Of a stretch of 64,000 nucleotides of DNA, positions 36,015 to 49,880 are shown one piece after another; position 1 is the first letter of the stretch; each line of letters opens with the position of its first letter. Source of the DNA: Callorhinchus milii (Eukaryota); contig NW_024704743.1 in NCBI RefSeq assembly GCF_018977255.1, positions 114,206,001 to 114,270,000 of the forward strand, given 5' to 3'. The position numbers and the translations under genes were made by a program. The notes under the pieces are model-generated. The model was not told the origin of the DNA, made no database searches, and was given only the letters and a program-made list of their open reading frames with translations.

Positions 36015-36478
36015 AAATAATAATAATCTTAGTGTTTGATAGAGCGTCTTATCACATCTTCGAGATGATTCAAAGCGCTCTACAAGATGGACTGTAAAGT
36101 GGTGTGACTGCGTCTATTTTGTGGGCAACCACGCAGCCAGCATACACACAGTAATGTCCCACAAACAACCATGGAGTGAACTACCAATTTTACTTTGGGA
36201 ATTGTTGGTCAGGACACTGGGAGAGCCTTCCTTTCCTTTTCTTTAACATCCACCTGAACAGTCAGACAGGACCTTGTTTTAATGTCTCATCCGAAGATAA
36301 TAATCCTTGCATTTGATATAGCGCTTTTCATGTCTTCTAGACGTCTCAAAGAGCTTCACAGAATATACTGTAAAGTGAATTGACTGTATATTTGTGGGCG
36401 AAACGCGGCAGCCAATTGCGCACAGCAGTGTCCCACAAACAGTCATTGATTGAAGTGACCAATTTATTATTATTTTAA
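36015..36478 (-). mobile_element. Family B fragment (~36015-36295) followed by a 5'-truncated family A copy (~36297-36478)
   Basis: Two consecutive minus-strand tails with family-specific bodies. Confidence 0.85.
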
Positions 36479-37759
36479 TGGATATAATGGATACGTGAAG
36501 TTAAGGAGATTCCATACATCCTTGTGCCTTGTCGCCTTACCTTAGCGTAATGTGGCATCCAGCAGATGGATCATCATTATATGGAGCTGCTCACAAAGAC
36601 CATCACCTGATGCCAGTTTCTCAAGAACAAGATTAGGTGTGAAACAATGTTTTACCGAACAGTGGGGTGGGTAGGAGGCAGACAATGGGAAGTACAGTAT
36701 TCACATGGAGCTTTGTGGGGCCTGCATGTTCTAAGACAGCCCTCTGCAGGGCCTTATCCATATAAAGAATTACTTATCAATCCAACAGAAGACATGATCC
36801 GACTTAATATTCCTGGGTCTATTATCGCTCGTGATAATCATTACATCGCCCGCTGCTACTCTCACCTCACTGTCTGAACAAAAATAAATTGCCAGAAAAA
36901 AAAACACGGAGAGAGAACGCAAAGCACTCACTGGGTGTCATTAAAACATCATGTGCTGTAATCGCCAGAATCAAGCGTGCATGCAGTAAATACAAAGAAA
37001 ATGGAATCATAGGACAAATGAGGAAGAGTAAATTAAAGCTGCCTATGCATTTTCCCCCCACTGAGAACGAGTTTGACCTTAACACTACTTTGAAGTTCAT
37101 TTGAGCGAAAACGAAGCAAATGTTTTCAATCCCTTATTTGTTCAGTGACTTTTAATATCTAATACGGATACAATGCATTCCATGCTCTTATATTCCTGCA
37201 ACCAGCATTTTGGTGTGTATGTGTGTGTGGGGGGGTTGTAACACAGGTTTTCTATTGTCTATGAAGTAAAATAAAAATTCCGCACAAAGTTTCTGCGTTC
37301 ACACTGTGAATAGTTCAGCTCTTTCTGGTGTAGAACTTGCAAGGGGAAAGATCAGAAACTCTCTCAGTCAAATCACTCTTTATTTGTCATCCACATTAAA
37401 AGAAAGGGTTTGCCAACACCTTTCTCCTGCTTGTTTAAAAACAAAGCAGAGATGCAGTGCTCCTGATAATCAGCTGATAAATGCGCCTTTTGGCGTGGCC
37501 GTAATATTAATAATCCTTCCATGTGCATCTGCCTGGCACAGTGGTAGCATGGGGGTTCAAGCCCCAGGTCGGGACTTGGAATCACATCGTCTAGGCTGAC
37601 ACTCCAATTTAGAGCTGGAGGGTGTTGTATTGGAGCTGAAAGCTTGTCCATTAACAGTGAGGTGGATCAGGCAGGTGACATGAAGCTAGCCGGTGTTCTT
37701 CGAGTGGAGGGAGTGGCAGTAAGATTGCAGAAGGCCATGGAGGTAGGATGGGGCGAGGC

Positions 37760-37935
37760 TGAGGAGTGATTTGAAACAAGATAATTATTAGATAATTGTT
37801 TGGGGAAGACAAGTTTGCAGGGCTATGAGGAGAGAGCAGGGGAGTGGGATTGATTTGGATAGCTCTTTTCAAAGAGCCAGCACAGACACAATGGGCCGAA
37901 TGGCTTCTTTCTGTGGTGTATAATATGATGAAATA
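37760..37935 (+). mobile_element. CR1 LINE 3' end
   Basis: cagggctatgaggagagagcaggggagtggga..ggatagctcttttcaaagagccagcacagacacaatgggccgaatggcttctttctgtg resembles chondrichthyan CR1 3' UTRs as recalled. Confidence 0.78.
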
Positions 37936-38994
37936 TCAAGTACATGGAATAGATTTTTTTAAAACTTTTTGTAAACGTTCTTGTTTCTACATTTGGTCAG
38001 TCGGTTTGCCTTTTCAGCTTTTTTCTTAACAAGAACAATTTCATTCCCAGTGTTACATATTCAACTGATGACTGGGGAGCACCAAATGATATAGAATCAC
38101 AGTCTGAAACTGCACTATTAAATGTACTCTAGCAAAACCTCCACAAACTTCAAGGTTTATTTTACACATTGCTAAAAATAGAAATGCAACAATAGAAAAA
38201 ATAGTTATTCTTAGTAATTGATCTAAAATAGACCTCTTCACCCTGACTGAGAACCATTAAATGGGAAGCTGTGTGCTTTTGAAGCTTTAAAGAATAATCC
38301 TGCACTTGATGAAGAGCCTTATCACATCACTGAGACATTTTGAAGGGCGCCAGATTTAGGATATACAATAAAATGCAGTGACTGTGTGTTTTGTATTTTG
38401 GGGGATTGTTGGCCAGGATACCAGTACCCAGTCAATCTAGAACTTGGATTATGGTTTGACGCCAGCAGCCTCCTTTGACCACAATGTGGAAGTCAAGAGA
38501 GATCTGAATACCAGAGACACATCCAGGTATCTGCAGGATTCGCCATTTATACATCCTTTTGCGAATATTGCAAATTCAACCCCCTTGTCTACTGTTGTTT
38601 GGTTCAGGATGACGGCAGGTTGATTCCCCCCCATCCCCTTACAATGGCAGCACTGCCAATCAGACATTGCCCACTGCATGGGCTTTGCCCACATGACTAG
38701 ACCACCCTGCAGCTAGGACATGAGGATGTAATTTACAGCTTCAGAAACAACCTAAAGGCGTGAAATCATGCATGTGTACAGTTAGTGTCTTGTGATTCCA
38801 CCTCAACAGATAAACCGTGGCAGATCCCACAGCACCCTCTGGGGTTGTAGAACTGTAGTGATTTGATTTAACTATGCATCACATTGACATATAAGTGCAA
38901 CATCAGGAGCTTTTCTTCATGGTTTGAGGATTTGGAAATGTCAAGCTCAGGCACTTAAGCTTGATGGCTTTGGGCTGCCTTAAATTTATCGTCT

Positions 38995-39392
38995 CAAAGA
39001 ATGTTTACAGTACAAGGGGCTATTTGGCCCATTCATTGTGTCCGTGTTGGTGCCAGCTCCCTGACTGGAACTATTTACTTTAATCCCATTTGCCTGCTCT
39101 TTCCCCGTCTTTTTAAATACGATTTTCCTCTAGTCGTGACTCGATTCCCTTATAACTGTTGTTATCTATTAGGTTTCAAAAGCCCACTGGACCATTCCAT
39201 ATTCCATAACAAGTATCTGTCTTTTCTTCTTGTGATAATCTTCAATACCATGTATTGGGGTTCAGTGATCTTCAGTACCATGTATTGCTGATCAGTGGAA
39301 ATAGACCATCTCTATTTACCTCCATCAAAAGCATTCAGAACACTGAAAAAATCTATTAGGATCTGCCCCTCCTCCCCCTTAATCTCCTCTGA
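38995..39392 (-). mobile_element. Degenerate CR1 LINE 3' fragment
   Basis: Reverse-complement similarity to 37815-37930, plus remnants of an RRLRGDLI-like ORF2 end near 39340-39390. Confidence 0.6.
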
Positions 39393-39415
39393 GTCACCGA
39401 AAAATTGGTATTCCA

Positions 39416-39752
39416 GTGTCAGCTTGGCTCAGTTGATAGCACTCTCACCTCTGAGTCAGAGAGTTGTAGCTTCAAACCCCACGATAGTACTTTGAACTCA
39501 CACAGACAATTCAGTACAATGTTGGGTGAGCGGTGTGTTGTTGGAGGTGCCATCCTTTTAATGGGATGTTAAACAGAAGTCCTGTCTGCCTGTCCCCATT
39601 CTTGGGAACTCCATCCTGGAGCTCCTCTGCCTCACCTCCTCTCTTACCTCCTTCAAAGCCTGTCTCAAGACCTCCCACTTCAACTGCGCCCTCAGTCATC
39701 TCAAGGTGATAAGGTGCTGTATCAAATGCAAGACTTGTTTATTATTATTATT
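39416..39752 (+). mobile_element. Family B SINE 5' half joined to an L2 3' end
   Basis: SINE head/centre to ~39592, then ggaactccatcc..ttcaaagcctgtctcaagacc and a tail. Confidence 0.7.
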
Positions 39753-40949
39753 GTAAAAGTGTCCCAACTTTTCAACCTCTCAAAAGAACTAACAGTTCCT
39801 GCCTAGCATTACTAGTAAACCATCGTTATACCCTTTTCATGACTGTTCATACGCTTTGATAATGGGAACCCTTAAACTTAAATGAGGCTCAACAAATACT
39901 TCCCAAAAATGATTAAGCAGCAATTTTACATTCCAGTTAAGAATTTTCAAACTTTGGCCTAAGATCAATATTCAAGCTACCACAATTAAAGAATCAAAAC
40001 ATGACAATAATAAGAATCCTTGCATTTGATATAGCGCCTTATCACGTCATTGAGATATCTCAAGGCACTTCACAGACTTTACTGTAAAGGGAATTGAGTG
40101 TATTTTGTGGGCAAGCCTTGGCACCTAATTGACAATGTCCAGGACCGTATATGCTGTATTGTATGTCGCTGTGAACAGGAAGATTATGAAAAGTAGATCA
40201 TAAGAGACTGACAAGATACTGTAAACCCCATTGAAGGCAGCAATTCACCTGAAGCTGGGCCGAGAGGCTTGATAATCCTGTTAAATTGCTCAGCTTCTCA
40301 ATCAACTGCAGCTTACACTTTACTACAGAACTTCCTGTCAACTCAGCAAAGAAATTAAACTATCTGCACAGCTCTATTTAATTGTGCTTCAGCCCCTCTA
40401 AGCCCCAACAACTGAGAAGCCCTGCTAGAAACAAAGAACACATTCTTCTGATTCATTATCAGAGTTTACAGTCCTCTGTGCAGAGTTCACAAAGTGGTCA
40501 ATGCCTTCATCTCGCTCTATGTAAAACGTGTGGTGAGAAGCGGTCACTGGAGCCCTGTTTTGTCTTGCAGGTAAACTCCAGAGCCAGTTCAAATAGAAGT
40601 CGTGAGGGTTTCTCTGTTTTATGAGGAAGACCTATGCAGGTCAGCAGTGGAATCACTGGCATGACTGGCTGACAGCTCAACACCACTAAAAAAATACATG
40701 AGTCAACAACTGTTCACTTCACTGATCCTGTCATCGGTGTCCCCAGAGGCAAGATGTAAACACCTTGGAATCAAGGGTCTCATTTGTAAAATATTCTTTA
40801 ATAATGAGAGTCTCACAAATGGGGACTTCTTCCAGTAACCTTCCAGTAAGTCACTCCATTCTGCCAGAGTTCCTGTGAGTCAGTGGATATTCTTACAGGA
40901 ATAAGGAATCCTGTTAAGAGAACATGCAAATTAGTTCCCATTGTGGGAA

Positions 40950-41480
40950 TTAATAATAATCCTTACATTTTACGTTGGGAGCATGTCTCAAAGCACTTTG
41001 CAGGCAAACCCAGCAGCTAATTTGCACACAGCAAGCCAATTTGCACACAGCAACACATGAAGTTATCGACCAAATTTTATCTGGAAGATTGTTGTCCAGA
41101 ACACTGGGAGAAACTCTCTTTTTTTGAGTCACGTCATCAGATCACCATCAGCGGGCGTGCTTTCAGACATTCTGCCCCCCCCCCCACCATTCTCTGGAAC
41201 TCCATCCTGGAGTCTCTCCGATTCACCCTCTTCCTCACTTCATTCAAGGTCTGTCTCAAGACCTACCTCGTTGACCGCACTTTCAGTCATCTTTCCCCTT
41301 GCATTTCCCCCAGATCTGTTGCCAAGCCAATATCGTTAAGTGTCTTGAGATGTCCTCCCTCTACAAAAGGCGTTGTATAAATGTAAATTTGTATTGTATC
41401 TTTAACATCCACCGAAAAGGCAGACGAGATAGGATCTCAGTTTTAAATTCTCATCCAAAGGACAGCATTTTCAACCAAGT
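40950..41480. mobile_element. Minus-strand family B SINE with a nested plus-strand L2 3' fragment (~41130-41397)
   Basis: SINE centre resumes at atctttaacatccacc after the L2 tail. Confidence 0.72.
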
Positions 41481-42220
41481 CAGCCTGCAATCCACTTCAA
41501 TATTTCCAGGCCCCGTTGGTGCTCCTCTGAAGGAAATGTTAGCACCACCTCCTGTGCAAAACTATTTGCACTTTCTGTCCTTAGCTTTCACAAACATCTT
41601 TAAATCAATTTTATAAGGAAAAAAAGGGCAACATTCTGGCATAAAGAACTTCATAATTAGAGCGTTGCTGCCTGTGCGCATTCGATTCCTCCCAATTACC
41701 CCACGTGACAACAATGCTATCCATGTATGTGAAGCTCGTAAAATTATGAAGAGTTCTGTTGTATATTATTATATCCTGAAGAAGAACGAAACAATGCCAG
41801 CCTGGTGAGCTCTTTTCTTTATGACTGTACTGAATGCCAAGATTAGCAAAGAACATCCAAAATCCAAACTGCGTATAAACCTCCAGAGAGCAGAGCACAA
41901 GCTGCCTCCTGACCCTTCAGACCATCACACTTACATAATAATAATAATCCTTGCATTTGAAATAGCGCTTTTTTTACCCCACAGATCAGCAGAGCAACTC
42001 ACTCCAGAACATTCCAGCCAATTAGCTCAGCAGTTGCTCAGCGAGCCAGAACCTTTGTGGAACAGCAGCCGAGAATTACCATGAGGGAGCTTCTGATAAC
42101 ATAGGCATCTCAACCTATTTGATCTCATCCTCCCAGGATACCAATCCTATACCAAACTCCACTCAGTTTTAGCCCGCAATACCTTTCACTTCTCCAATCT
42201 AAGAACTGCTGAAAATTATG

Positions 42221-43219
42221 AACAACAACAACTTGAATTTCTTTAGCGCCCTCCACGCAGGACGGCATCTCAGGGCACTTCACAGTAACGGATCCCGGGG
42301 CCGAGCCAGGGGGAGGGGGAGGAAGGTGACCAAAGGCCCGGTCGAAAAGAAAGGGCTCCAGCAGAGACCTGAAAATAGGAAGAGAGGGGGCGAGGCAAAG
42401 GGAGTGAGGAAGCAAGTTCTAGAGCCTCGGGGCATAGTGGCTGAAGGCAAGGCCACCGAGGGTGGAGTGGAGGACTCGGCGGACAAGGAGGAAGCCAGAC
42501 CCGGTGGAATGAAGGCAATGGGCACCGTTGTGAGGAGAGAGGTCAGAGAGGTAGGGGGGTGCAGAGGATTGGAGGGAATTGAAGACAAGGGTGAGAATCT
42601 TGAAGTCTATCCTCTCTGGGACAGGTAGCCAGTGCAGTCTGGCAAGGACTGGGGTAATCGGGGAGCAGAGTTTGGTGCGGCTAAGAATGCGGGTGGTAGA
42701 GTTTGTATGACCTGGATTGTGTGGATGGTAGTGGAGGGGAGGCCGGCGAGGAGAGCATTTGAACAGTCCAGCCGAGAGGTGATAACGGTATGGACCAGGG
42801 TTTCAGTGGCTTTTGGATTGAGGTATTGGCGGAGATGGGTGATGCGTCGGAGGTGGAAGAAAGCGGTGCTGGTGAGGGACCGGATGTGGCGAAGGAAGGA
42901 TAACTGGGGGTCGAACCTGATGCCTAGGTTGCGTACGGGTCGGAGAGTTTTAGGGGAAGGTCGGGTAGGTGGAGGAGGTAAGAACCATGTGATTTTAGAC
43001 GTTGACGAGAGCCAAAGAGTATGGCTTCCGGCTTGTCAACGTTCAGCTGAAGGAAATTTGCGCTCATCCAGCTCCTGAGGTCTGACAGGCAGGCTGACAG
43101 AACATCAGGGGACTGGGGATCACAAAGTGAGGTGGAAAAATAGAGTTGGGTGTCGTCCGCATACATGTGGAAATGTACCCAGTGTCTGCAGATGACATTC
43201 CCAAGAGGGAGCATATAGC
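42221..43219 (-). mobile_element. L2 LINE, ~1-kb 5'-truncated copy including the reverse transcriptase C-terminal region (disrupted)
   Basis: YMLPLG..HFHMYADDTQLY..CLSDLRSWMSANFLQLNVDKPEAILFG (YADD catalytic motif) followed by frameshift/stop; intact 3' UTR and (gtt)n tail. Confidence 0.95.
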
Positions 43220-43715
43220 ATATGTGAAATTCAGTCGTAATTTGGAAACTATTATGCTGCATTTCTTAAGGGATCCTGCTTCCAAATTAAGATCAAATGT
43301 ACACCTGTAAGTTGTTCCGAATTGCTCTGTGACCTTTTTGCACTGGTGCTGTTGTGCTGTGTTGCAGACTCCAATACTTGGTACCTGTATTCTTGTAGAA
43401 CTGTGCTGTCTGTTAATGCTTTCATGCGTCAGTCAGCGAGTGATCAGCGTTGAAATGCCTGGGCTGCCATTAAACGTGGTGATCTGTAATGACAGAAACA
43501 ATTAGGAAACCCACAAGAAGCTTATCTTCACAGTCAGAATGCTTTTATTGGCATATGTTACAGCTAGATCTAGTTTGCAGAACGAAACAAAACTCCTGTT
43601 GGGAGAAATGCAGCGTTTGTTAGTTTATCATTTGTTATCATTATTGTTGTTAAGACTATTCTCCTTGCGGGGGGAGGTTAGTTGGATCTCCTTGGAGCTA
43701 AGCAGCCCTCTTAGC

Positions 43716-44104
43716 CACGGGAAATGGAGGAACATGGATTCTTTCCACTCAGTTCCTGTTAACCTTGCAAGCCTTGCCCTAATGGACACAATAATCTCTG
43801 TTAGACAAGCAGCAGGAATCTTACCAGACAATGCTCTCAATGGCAAGCTATGCAGCTTTAGCTAGTTAAACTCCAATCGTACTCCAAGACACACTCTGGG
43901 GTCCTCAACCCTCAGCTCTTACCAACCTGCACCTAATATTCAAGTAATTAGGATACATCCCTCCAAGGACAGGGTGCACATTCCATTCCAAACACAGGGA
44001 AATTCCATGCATACATGGCATACATATGTGGAACTTTCAGTCTAGCTTGGATACCATTGAACACGGTGAGGATGTCCGCGTATGTCAGATGACCAAAAAA
44101 AAAA
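43716..44104 (+). repeat. Unclassified old interspersed repeat, copy 2
   Basis: ccactcag.tcctgttaacc.tgcaagcc, caagcagcaggaa, caagctatgc, ctctggggtcc and gaccaaaa shared with copy 1. Confidence 0.8.
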
Positions 44105-46087
44105 GTCATCGTTAAGGTTTTCTGGACTATTATAAAGGAAAAAAAACGGATTAATATATTATTATATGAGGTGCTGCCAAATTGCCAAACAATTTCCTGG
44201 TTATACAATCCTGGGAATTGTATGATAGTGCAACTCTCCTGCGATGACAGAACCTTAGAAATGCACAACACAGTAGGAGACGTTCAGCCAATTTTTGTGT
44301 TGGTACTTGCTCCTCCAACAAGCTGTCCATCCTAACCCCAATTCCCTGCTTTTTCCCTATGCCCTCGACTACACTTTCTTGGAATTGAGGGGTCTCCAAG
44401 GTTTTGTGAGTCAGAGTGATAAGACTGAGAATTCCCTGCAGAGAACTCAGGTTATATCGCAAGTCATTTCTGTCCTCAGTGGTTACGCAATTTGACTGCA
44501 ACAGACTCTAAACTCCCATTAAATACAGTCACACAACTTTATAGTGGATCTTATGAAGCACTTTGAAACGTCACAATGACGAGATAAGGCACTATATCAA
44601 ACGCAAGTATTATTATTAGCAGCGATTTGAGGTGAATTGTGTCATTGTAGTGAAGTGCTTGGCAAATGTTCAAAGTGAAAAGATTGCCAAAGCCTCTTTA
44701 ACAAAGCGAGCGTCTTTCAATTTGGACTCTATTAACATCTACAGAAATCACTCGAGCGGTTTACGATATCACCTAACCTCCTTGGTTAGATTACAACCCC
44801 AACCGTCAGTGTAAATTGGTGCATCCCCACTTGCAGATGGCATACAAAAGAACATCACTCACTGCTCATCGTCACGGGGAAATAGTTTGCTTATTGCTCC
44901 CAGAAATCGCTCATCGTTTTCACAAATAGCATGCGCTTTGTCTACTGTTTCAAGAAAACATATTTCCTGAACATTTCTGAATGGCCTCCTCTGGTACACT
45001 TGCAAAGCTTCGCCAAAGTTTTCATAAACTTTTTGTAACAGCTAACAATGCCAGAAACAGATGTCACCAAGCCTTGCAGCTCCAGTAATGAGGCAGGAAA
45101 TGAGCAGCAATATAAGCACAGCTACTTGTAAGTGGAAAAGCACCCATCTGCAGGTAATAAGATTCAGGCTATTTAAACAGCTCCACTGCCACACGTGCGA
45201 GCTCCGAAATCGCGGGAGTCAGCTGGTACTTTCCGCTGCTGGTGCTTTGAGTAGAATCTAACGATGTGCAACAATTCATATTGCTCAGCTGCAGCGCGCT
45301 GTCTTTGAACCCCGGTTAAACAGCCTGCCGAGGTTGCCATGGCAGCTCACGCCATTGCAAGGCATAAATGCTGATACCATTTGCCATTGTCTTAGTTTTA
45401 CTGAGGATTTTCTCTCTACCTCCTTCCCTCTCCCCCGCCACAATCTTGGGAAAGCACTGACTTGAGTACAGGGGCATGGATAAAGTGCATCTGGTGACAG
45501 AAGAAACAAAATATATATAACTTTGCACTTTTTTGGGTGAACAAGGCAGCCAATTTCCGCTGTCATGCTTAACTACAGTCTCTACACTTTACAGTAAATC
45601 ATGTGAAGCCTATTGAGATGTCCTCCCAATGTGAAAGGCGCCACATCAAATGCAAGGATTATTAGTATTTATTCTAAAACTGAAGTGGGAAAGGTAAATT
45701 ACTAGATTCCAACATCAGTTAATTAACCAATTCAGCAGGCTCTGATCTAAGGCTGTAGCACTGGCCACCGTACAAACTATTCTCCTTTGGATGATACGGC
45801 TATTGAATGGGAGTTTATGCTCAGGCAATAATTGCATATTCATTACACAGTAAGTTCTTAGGATGTAGAATGAGTCACCCCAAGTGGTTACTAAAATCAT
45901 GTCAATTATGACATTGAAAAGGAATTCGGCAAACACGTCAAGAATTAAAGATATAAACCAGGTTGGTATAAAACAGTGAAATGTGATAATAGAGTTGATA
46001 GTCCCAAAGGGAAGCTCACACAGTATAGGTATAATGAGCTGAAAAGCCTCATTTGCAGAAATTTCTGAAAAATACTTAGATGGTAAT

Positions 46088-46418
46088 GTGTCAGTCTGGC
46101 TCATTTGATAGATTTCTTGACTCCGAGTGGGAAGGTTGTAGGTTCAAGCTTCAACTTGCGGGTTGCAGGTTGGCCATCCCTGTTCTAGCCTGACACTCCA
46201 GTACAATGTCGAGGAAGTGCTGCGCTATCAGTATTATATAAAGATCACTCTGTCCTCCAACTGTTTTACTTATACCTCTGTTCTCAACAGGTCTGACTTT
46301 GCAAGCAGCAGCATTGGTAAGGTGTCAGCCTGACTTATTTGGTAGATTTCTTGCCTCAGAGTCAGAAGGTTGTAGGTTCAAGCTTCAACTTGCAGGTCAC
46401 AGGTTGGCCATCCCTGTT
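46088..46418 (+). repeat. Two family B SINE heads sharing private sequence (46088-46184 and 46322-46418)
   Basis: gaaggttgtaggttcaagcttcaacttgc.ggt..caggttggccatccctgtt occurs in both, offset 234. Confidence 0.82.
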
Positions 46419-46429
46419 AGCAGTGTCCC

Positions 46430-46604
46430 TCAATCCACGACTGTTTGTGGTACACTGCTATGCGCAAATGGCTGCCGAGTTTCGCCCACAAGTATACAGT
46501 CAATTCACTTTACAGTATATTCTGTGAAGCCCTTTGAGACGTCTCAAAGACGTGAAAAGCGCAATATAAAACGCGAGGATTATTATGATTATATTATTAT
46601 TATT
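46430..46604 (+). mobile_element. 5'-truncated family A SINE
   Basis: tcaatccacgactgtttgtgg..cagtcaattcactttacag..tail. Confidence 0.85.
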
Positions 46605-46743
46605 GCCTTCCTCAGATCTCCTTGCCTCACAGGTCAAACATCCAGCCCAACCCTTCTTCCCAAGTTCCTCATTGCAATATTCAAATAGAATACATCTCAC
46701 ATTCACCTCTTACACTCTTTATGATAAAGTTTACCTACAAATA

Positions 46744-47186
46744 TAATAATAATCCTTACATTTGATATAGTGCCTTATGATGTCGTCGAAACATCTCAAA
46801 GTGCTTCATGGGATATACAGTATACTGTAAAGTGGATTGACTGTATTTTGTGGATTAAATGTGGCAGCCAGTTTGGATATAGGAAGGTACCACAAACAGC
46901 CATCGAGTGAGTGACCAATTTTATTTGGAGTATGATTGACCAGAACACCGGGAGAAACCCTTCTCTTTGTGAGCACTGCCATGAGATCTTTAACGTCCTC
47001 TGGAAGAGGCAGACAAGATTCTGGTTCAATGCTTAATTTGAAGGATGGCAGCTCTGACATTGCATCACACTCACTGCACTGAAAGGTCTGCCTAGATAGA
47101 CTGAGCTCAATGTCCCACCATGGTATTTGAACCCACAGCTTTCTGACTCAAAAGCGAGAGTCCCAGCAACTGAGCCAGATTGACAT
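46744..47186 (-). mobile_element. SINE family B, full length
   Basis: Tail, centre and head all present in reverse orientation. Confidence 0.85.
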
Positions 47187-47234
47187 TGAAGACACATCAA
47201 GTGGTGCAATTTTCACCCTTCTGATCCTATGATT

Positions 47235-47440
47235 GATGCTAACCTTCATCACCTCCAGGCTCGACTATGCAAACGCCCTGCTTGTCGGCCTTCCCAACTC
47301 CTCCCTCCACAGGCTGCAGATAGTTCAGAACTCTGCAGCCCGTGTCCTCTCCCGCACCAAACTCCGTGACCCCATCTCCCCCACTCTCGCCCGACTCCAC
47401 TATCCTTCAGAGGATCCAGTTCAAGATCCCGGTCTTACTT
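47235..47440 (+). mobile_element. Internal L2 ORF2 fragment
   Basis: FITSRLDYANALLVGLPNSSLHRLQIVQNSAARVLSRTK..PISPTLARLH. Confidence 0.88.
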
Positions 47441-49334
47441 TTACAAAATAAGCCAAGATCATCTTCGGAGTTTCATTCTGAGATTCCTTTTCAAAAATGC
47501 TACTAAATGTGATTCACATTCTTTCATTCCCCCAATCCAGTCTATTTCTGAGGCCTGATGTGATTACACATGTGACTTGACATTACTGTAATAAATGAGT
47601 GACCCAGATGGTGGGACTTTAGCCTTTGTTTCGGGAGGTACTGTTAAACTGACATTCTAGCTAAAATGCATCATTCTGATTCAACCAGGCCAACTGGAAA
47701 CTGCAGCCTAAACACCTGCTCTTTCACCTTTTGAACCCCGCTCTCAATGTGCTGTGCAATAATATTTCTCCGAGACAAGGCAGGGCCTTTGGTAATTGCC
47801 TACAGTTGTCAGAAACGCAGGCAAAAGTAAACCGATAGTCTCTGGTTCATGGGTTTGTGGTTACTGTGTTAACAGCAAGCCCCACAGTCAGTCTTCTTCG
47901 AATCAAGACCTTTTTTTGAATATCCTGTTGAATATACATTGTGTAGATAAACTTGGCTCATCTAAACTCCAGGGCATAGCAAGGTCATAGCTCGAGCAAT
48001 GACTGGCCTTACTCTTTGCTCATTTATAACCAGTTAGGACCAATGTGGCTGTAATATTACAGAAAAAATTGCAGAGTGCTGCCGATAACAAGCAAGTGAA
48101 GTTAAAAGCAGCTTTAACATTGAACACACTCACCTCATCAAATGGAGCATCCAAGTCACCCCAAAACACATGCAATATTTTAAAATTCCCTGAAACTCCA
48201 CAGAACTGAGAAAGCTTGAAAAATAATCCCAGATAACATATCCTTCTCTTCTTGCTTTCGCTGCTTATCAGATGTCTTGTTTTTAATCCCCTTTCACCTC
48301 TTCTCTGCAGTGCCGAACTCATTACAGTGGAGGCTTCATTCCTATTTCCTCAAGGTTGTTCCAGTCAAGGTTTTTCTCCCCCGCATATTGAAGCCTAGGG
48401 TCGATTCATTTTGATTTGCATCAAAGAGATTAAATTCTTCTAGAAAAATAAATCTGCTTTCAAAAAGTGAGGGGGCCTTAAGTAGGAGACAAGACCCCCA
48501 CTAATCAAAAGTGAATAATGGCTTCCGTGGTAGAGGTACACAGACATTTTGAAAGAAACTTAAGGATCAGCCAGCACTCTTTCGCTCGCTCTGCTCTCTG
48601 ATCACACCTTGGAATCTATTTGTCCGAGACAATAGAGCCTTAAAACCTGTGCGACAAAGGGAGTGAAAAAAACTAAACAAATCAAAAATGCTAGGTATGG
48701 GGCGAATTCCCAGCCAAACCTACCACACGCATGCTGTAAAACAGTTAATCCTCCCCATCTCAGCAAGTCGAAGGCTAGGCTGTCCTTGCTAGTTGATTAA
48801 CTTTTTCTAGCCCAAGGGGGTTCTGTTAGCCTCAACAGTGCGAGCTTGATCAGTCCCCTGAGCTGGTACTTTTCTCTTGTGGAACATGTCCATGGAAATC
48901 TCATCAACTTGTACGTTTAGAAAAAGCATGCGGAAGGGATTTATACCTGCACCAAATGAAACCCCACCGGGGGTTAACTGTTAACATCGCTCAGATCATT
49001 TTCACAATGAACTTTTATCCACACTCTTATTTCTGTGGCTGAAGGCAGGATGTTTATATGCGGGAAAAAATTGTGGCATTTCATAACAGATTTGACTGGA
49101 TTAGATCTCTTATGAACCGTCACATTGTTTCACTCCTGTATTTCTTAAGAAGCCCTGTTGAGACAGGATGAATTGTGGTCAGCAGCACTGATAAAGCTTT
49201 TCCCTGATGTTCATTGGAGACGGGCTGGTCACAAGAACTGCAAGTGACTAATTATGGCATAGTTACTCATGCAATGGACACCATGACTCCCAAACAACCA
49301 ACTAAGCAGTTTAAGTTTGTTAAAATCTCTTCCT

Positions 49335-49522
49335 CTAGCCCTCCACCTTGCACCTTCCTTCCCCATCTTCAGGTCATGCTGAAGACCTTCCTATTCAACC
49401 ATGCCTGTGGTCACCCCCACCCCTCCCTCTGGCTCGGCATCGTGCTCCACCACTAACTATCAAGCCCTCTGGGTCACTATCCTACGTGAGGGGCGCTACA
49501 TAAATGAAAGTTGTTGTTGTTA
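49335..49522 (+). mobile_element. L2 LINE 3' end
   Basis: ttcaggtcatgctgaagaccttcc..ggggcgctacataaatgaaa(gtt)n. Confidence 0.78.
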
Positions 49523-49880
49523 TTAAAGACCAGAGGTGCTCCCTCGCTCAGATCTGCCAGTCTCAGTTTGGTGAGTTCTTAGGTTGATCTTTGGCAGTAA
49601 CACGACATTCCATCTGGAGGGGAGGACAGAAGCAGAGAGGAAAAAAAAACTGGCAGAACCTGCCGTGACCTGGCAGACTGGGCCTCACTGTTAGCTGACC
49701 AGAGAGCAACTTAACTTTAAGCAGAATTCATAGGAGGGATAGAGCTCCCAGCTCCCGATCACAAAAAGATTGTGCTTCAAACATCTTCTTGGGTTTTGCT
49801 CATCAAATGAAACGCAGCCTAAAAAAAAGTAACTTTGTAAACTTGTGAGGTTACTGAATGATCAATACATCTAACAATAT

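Noticed and set aside
42924..43262. Reverse transcriptase gene (YADD motif)
   Set aside because: A 5'-truncated, frame-disrupted L2 copy; not an intact or domesticated gene.
44618..45300. Mildly CpG-rich stretch with repeated gctcatcg motifs, possibly an ancient DNA transposon or conserved element
   Set aside because: I could not define terminal repeats or a second copy by eye.
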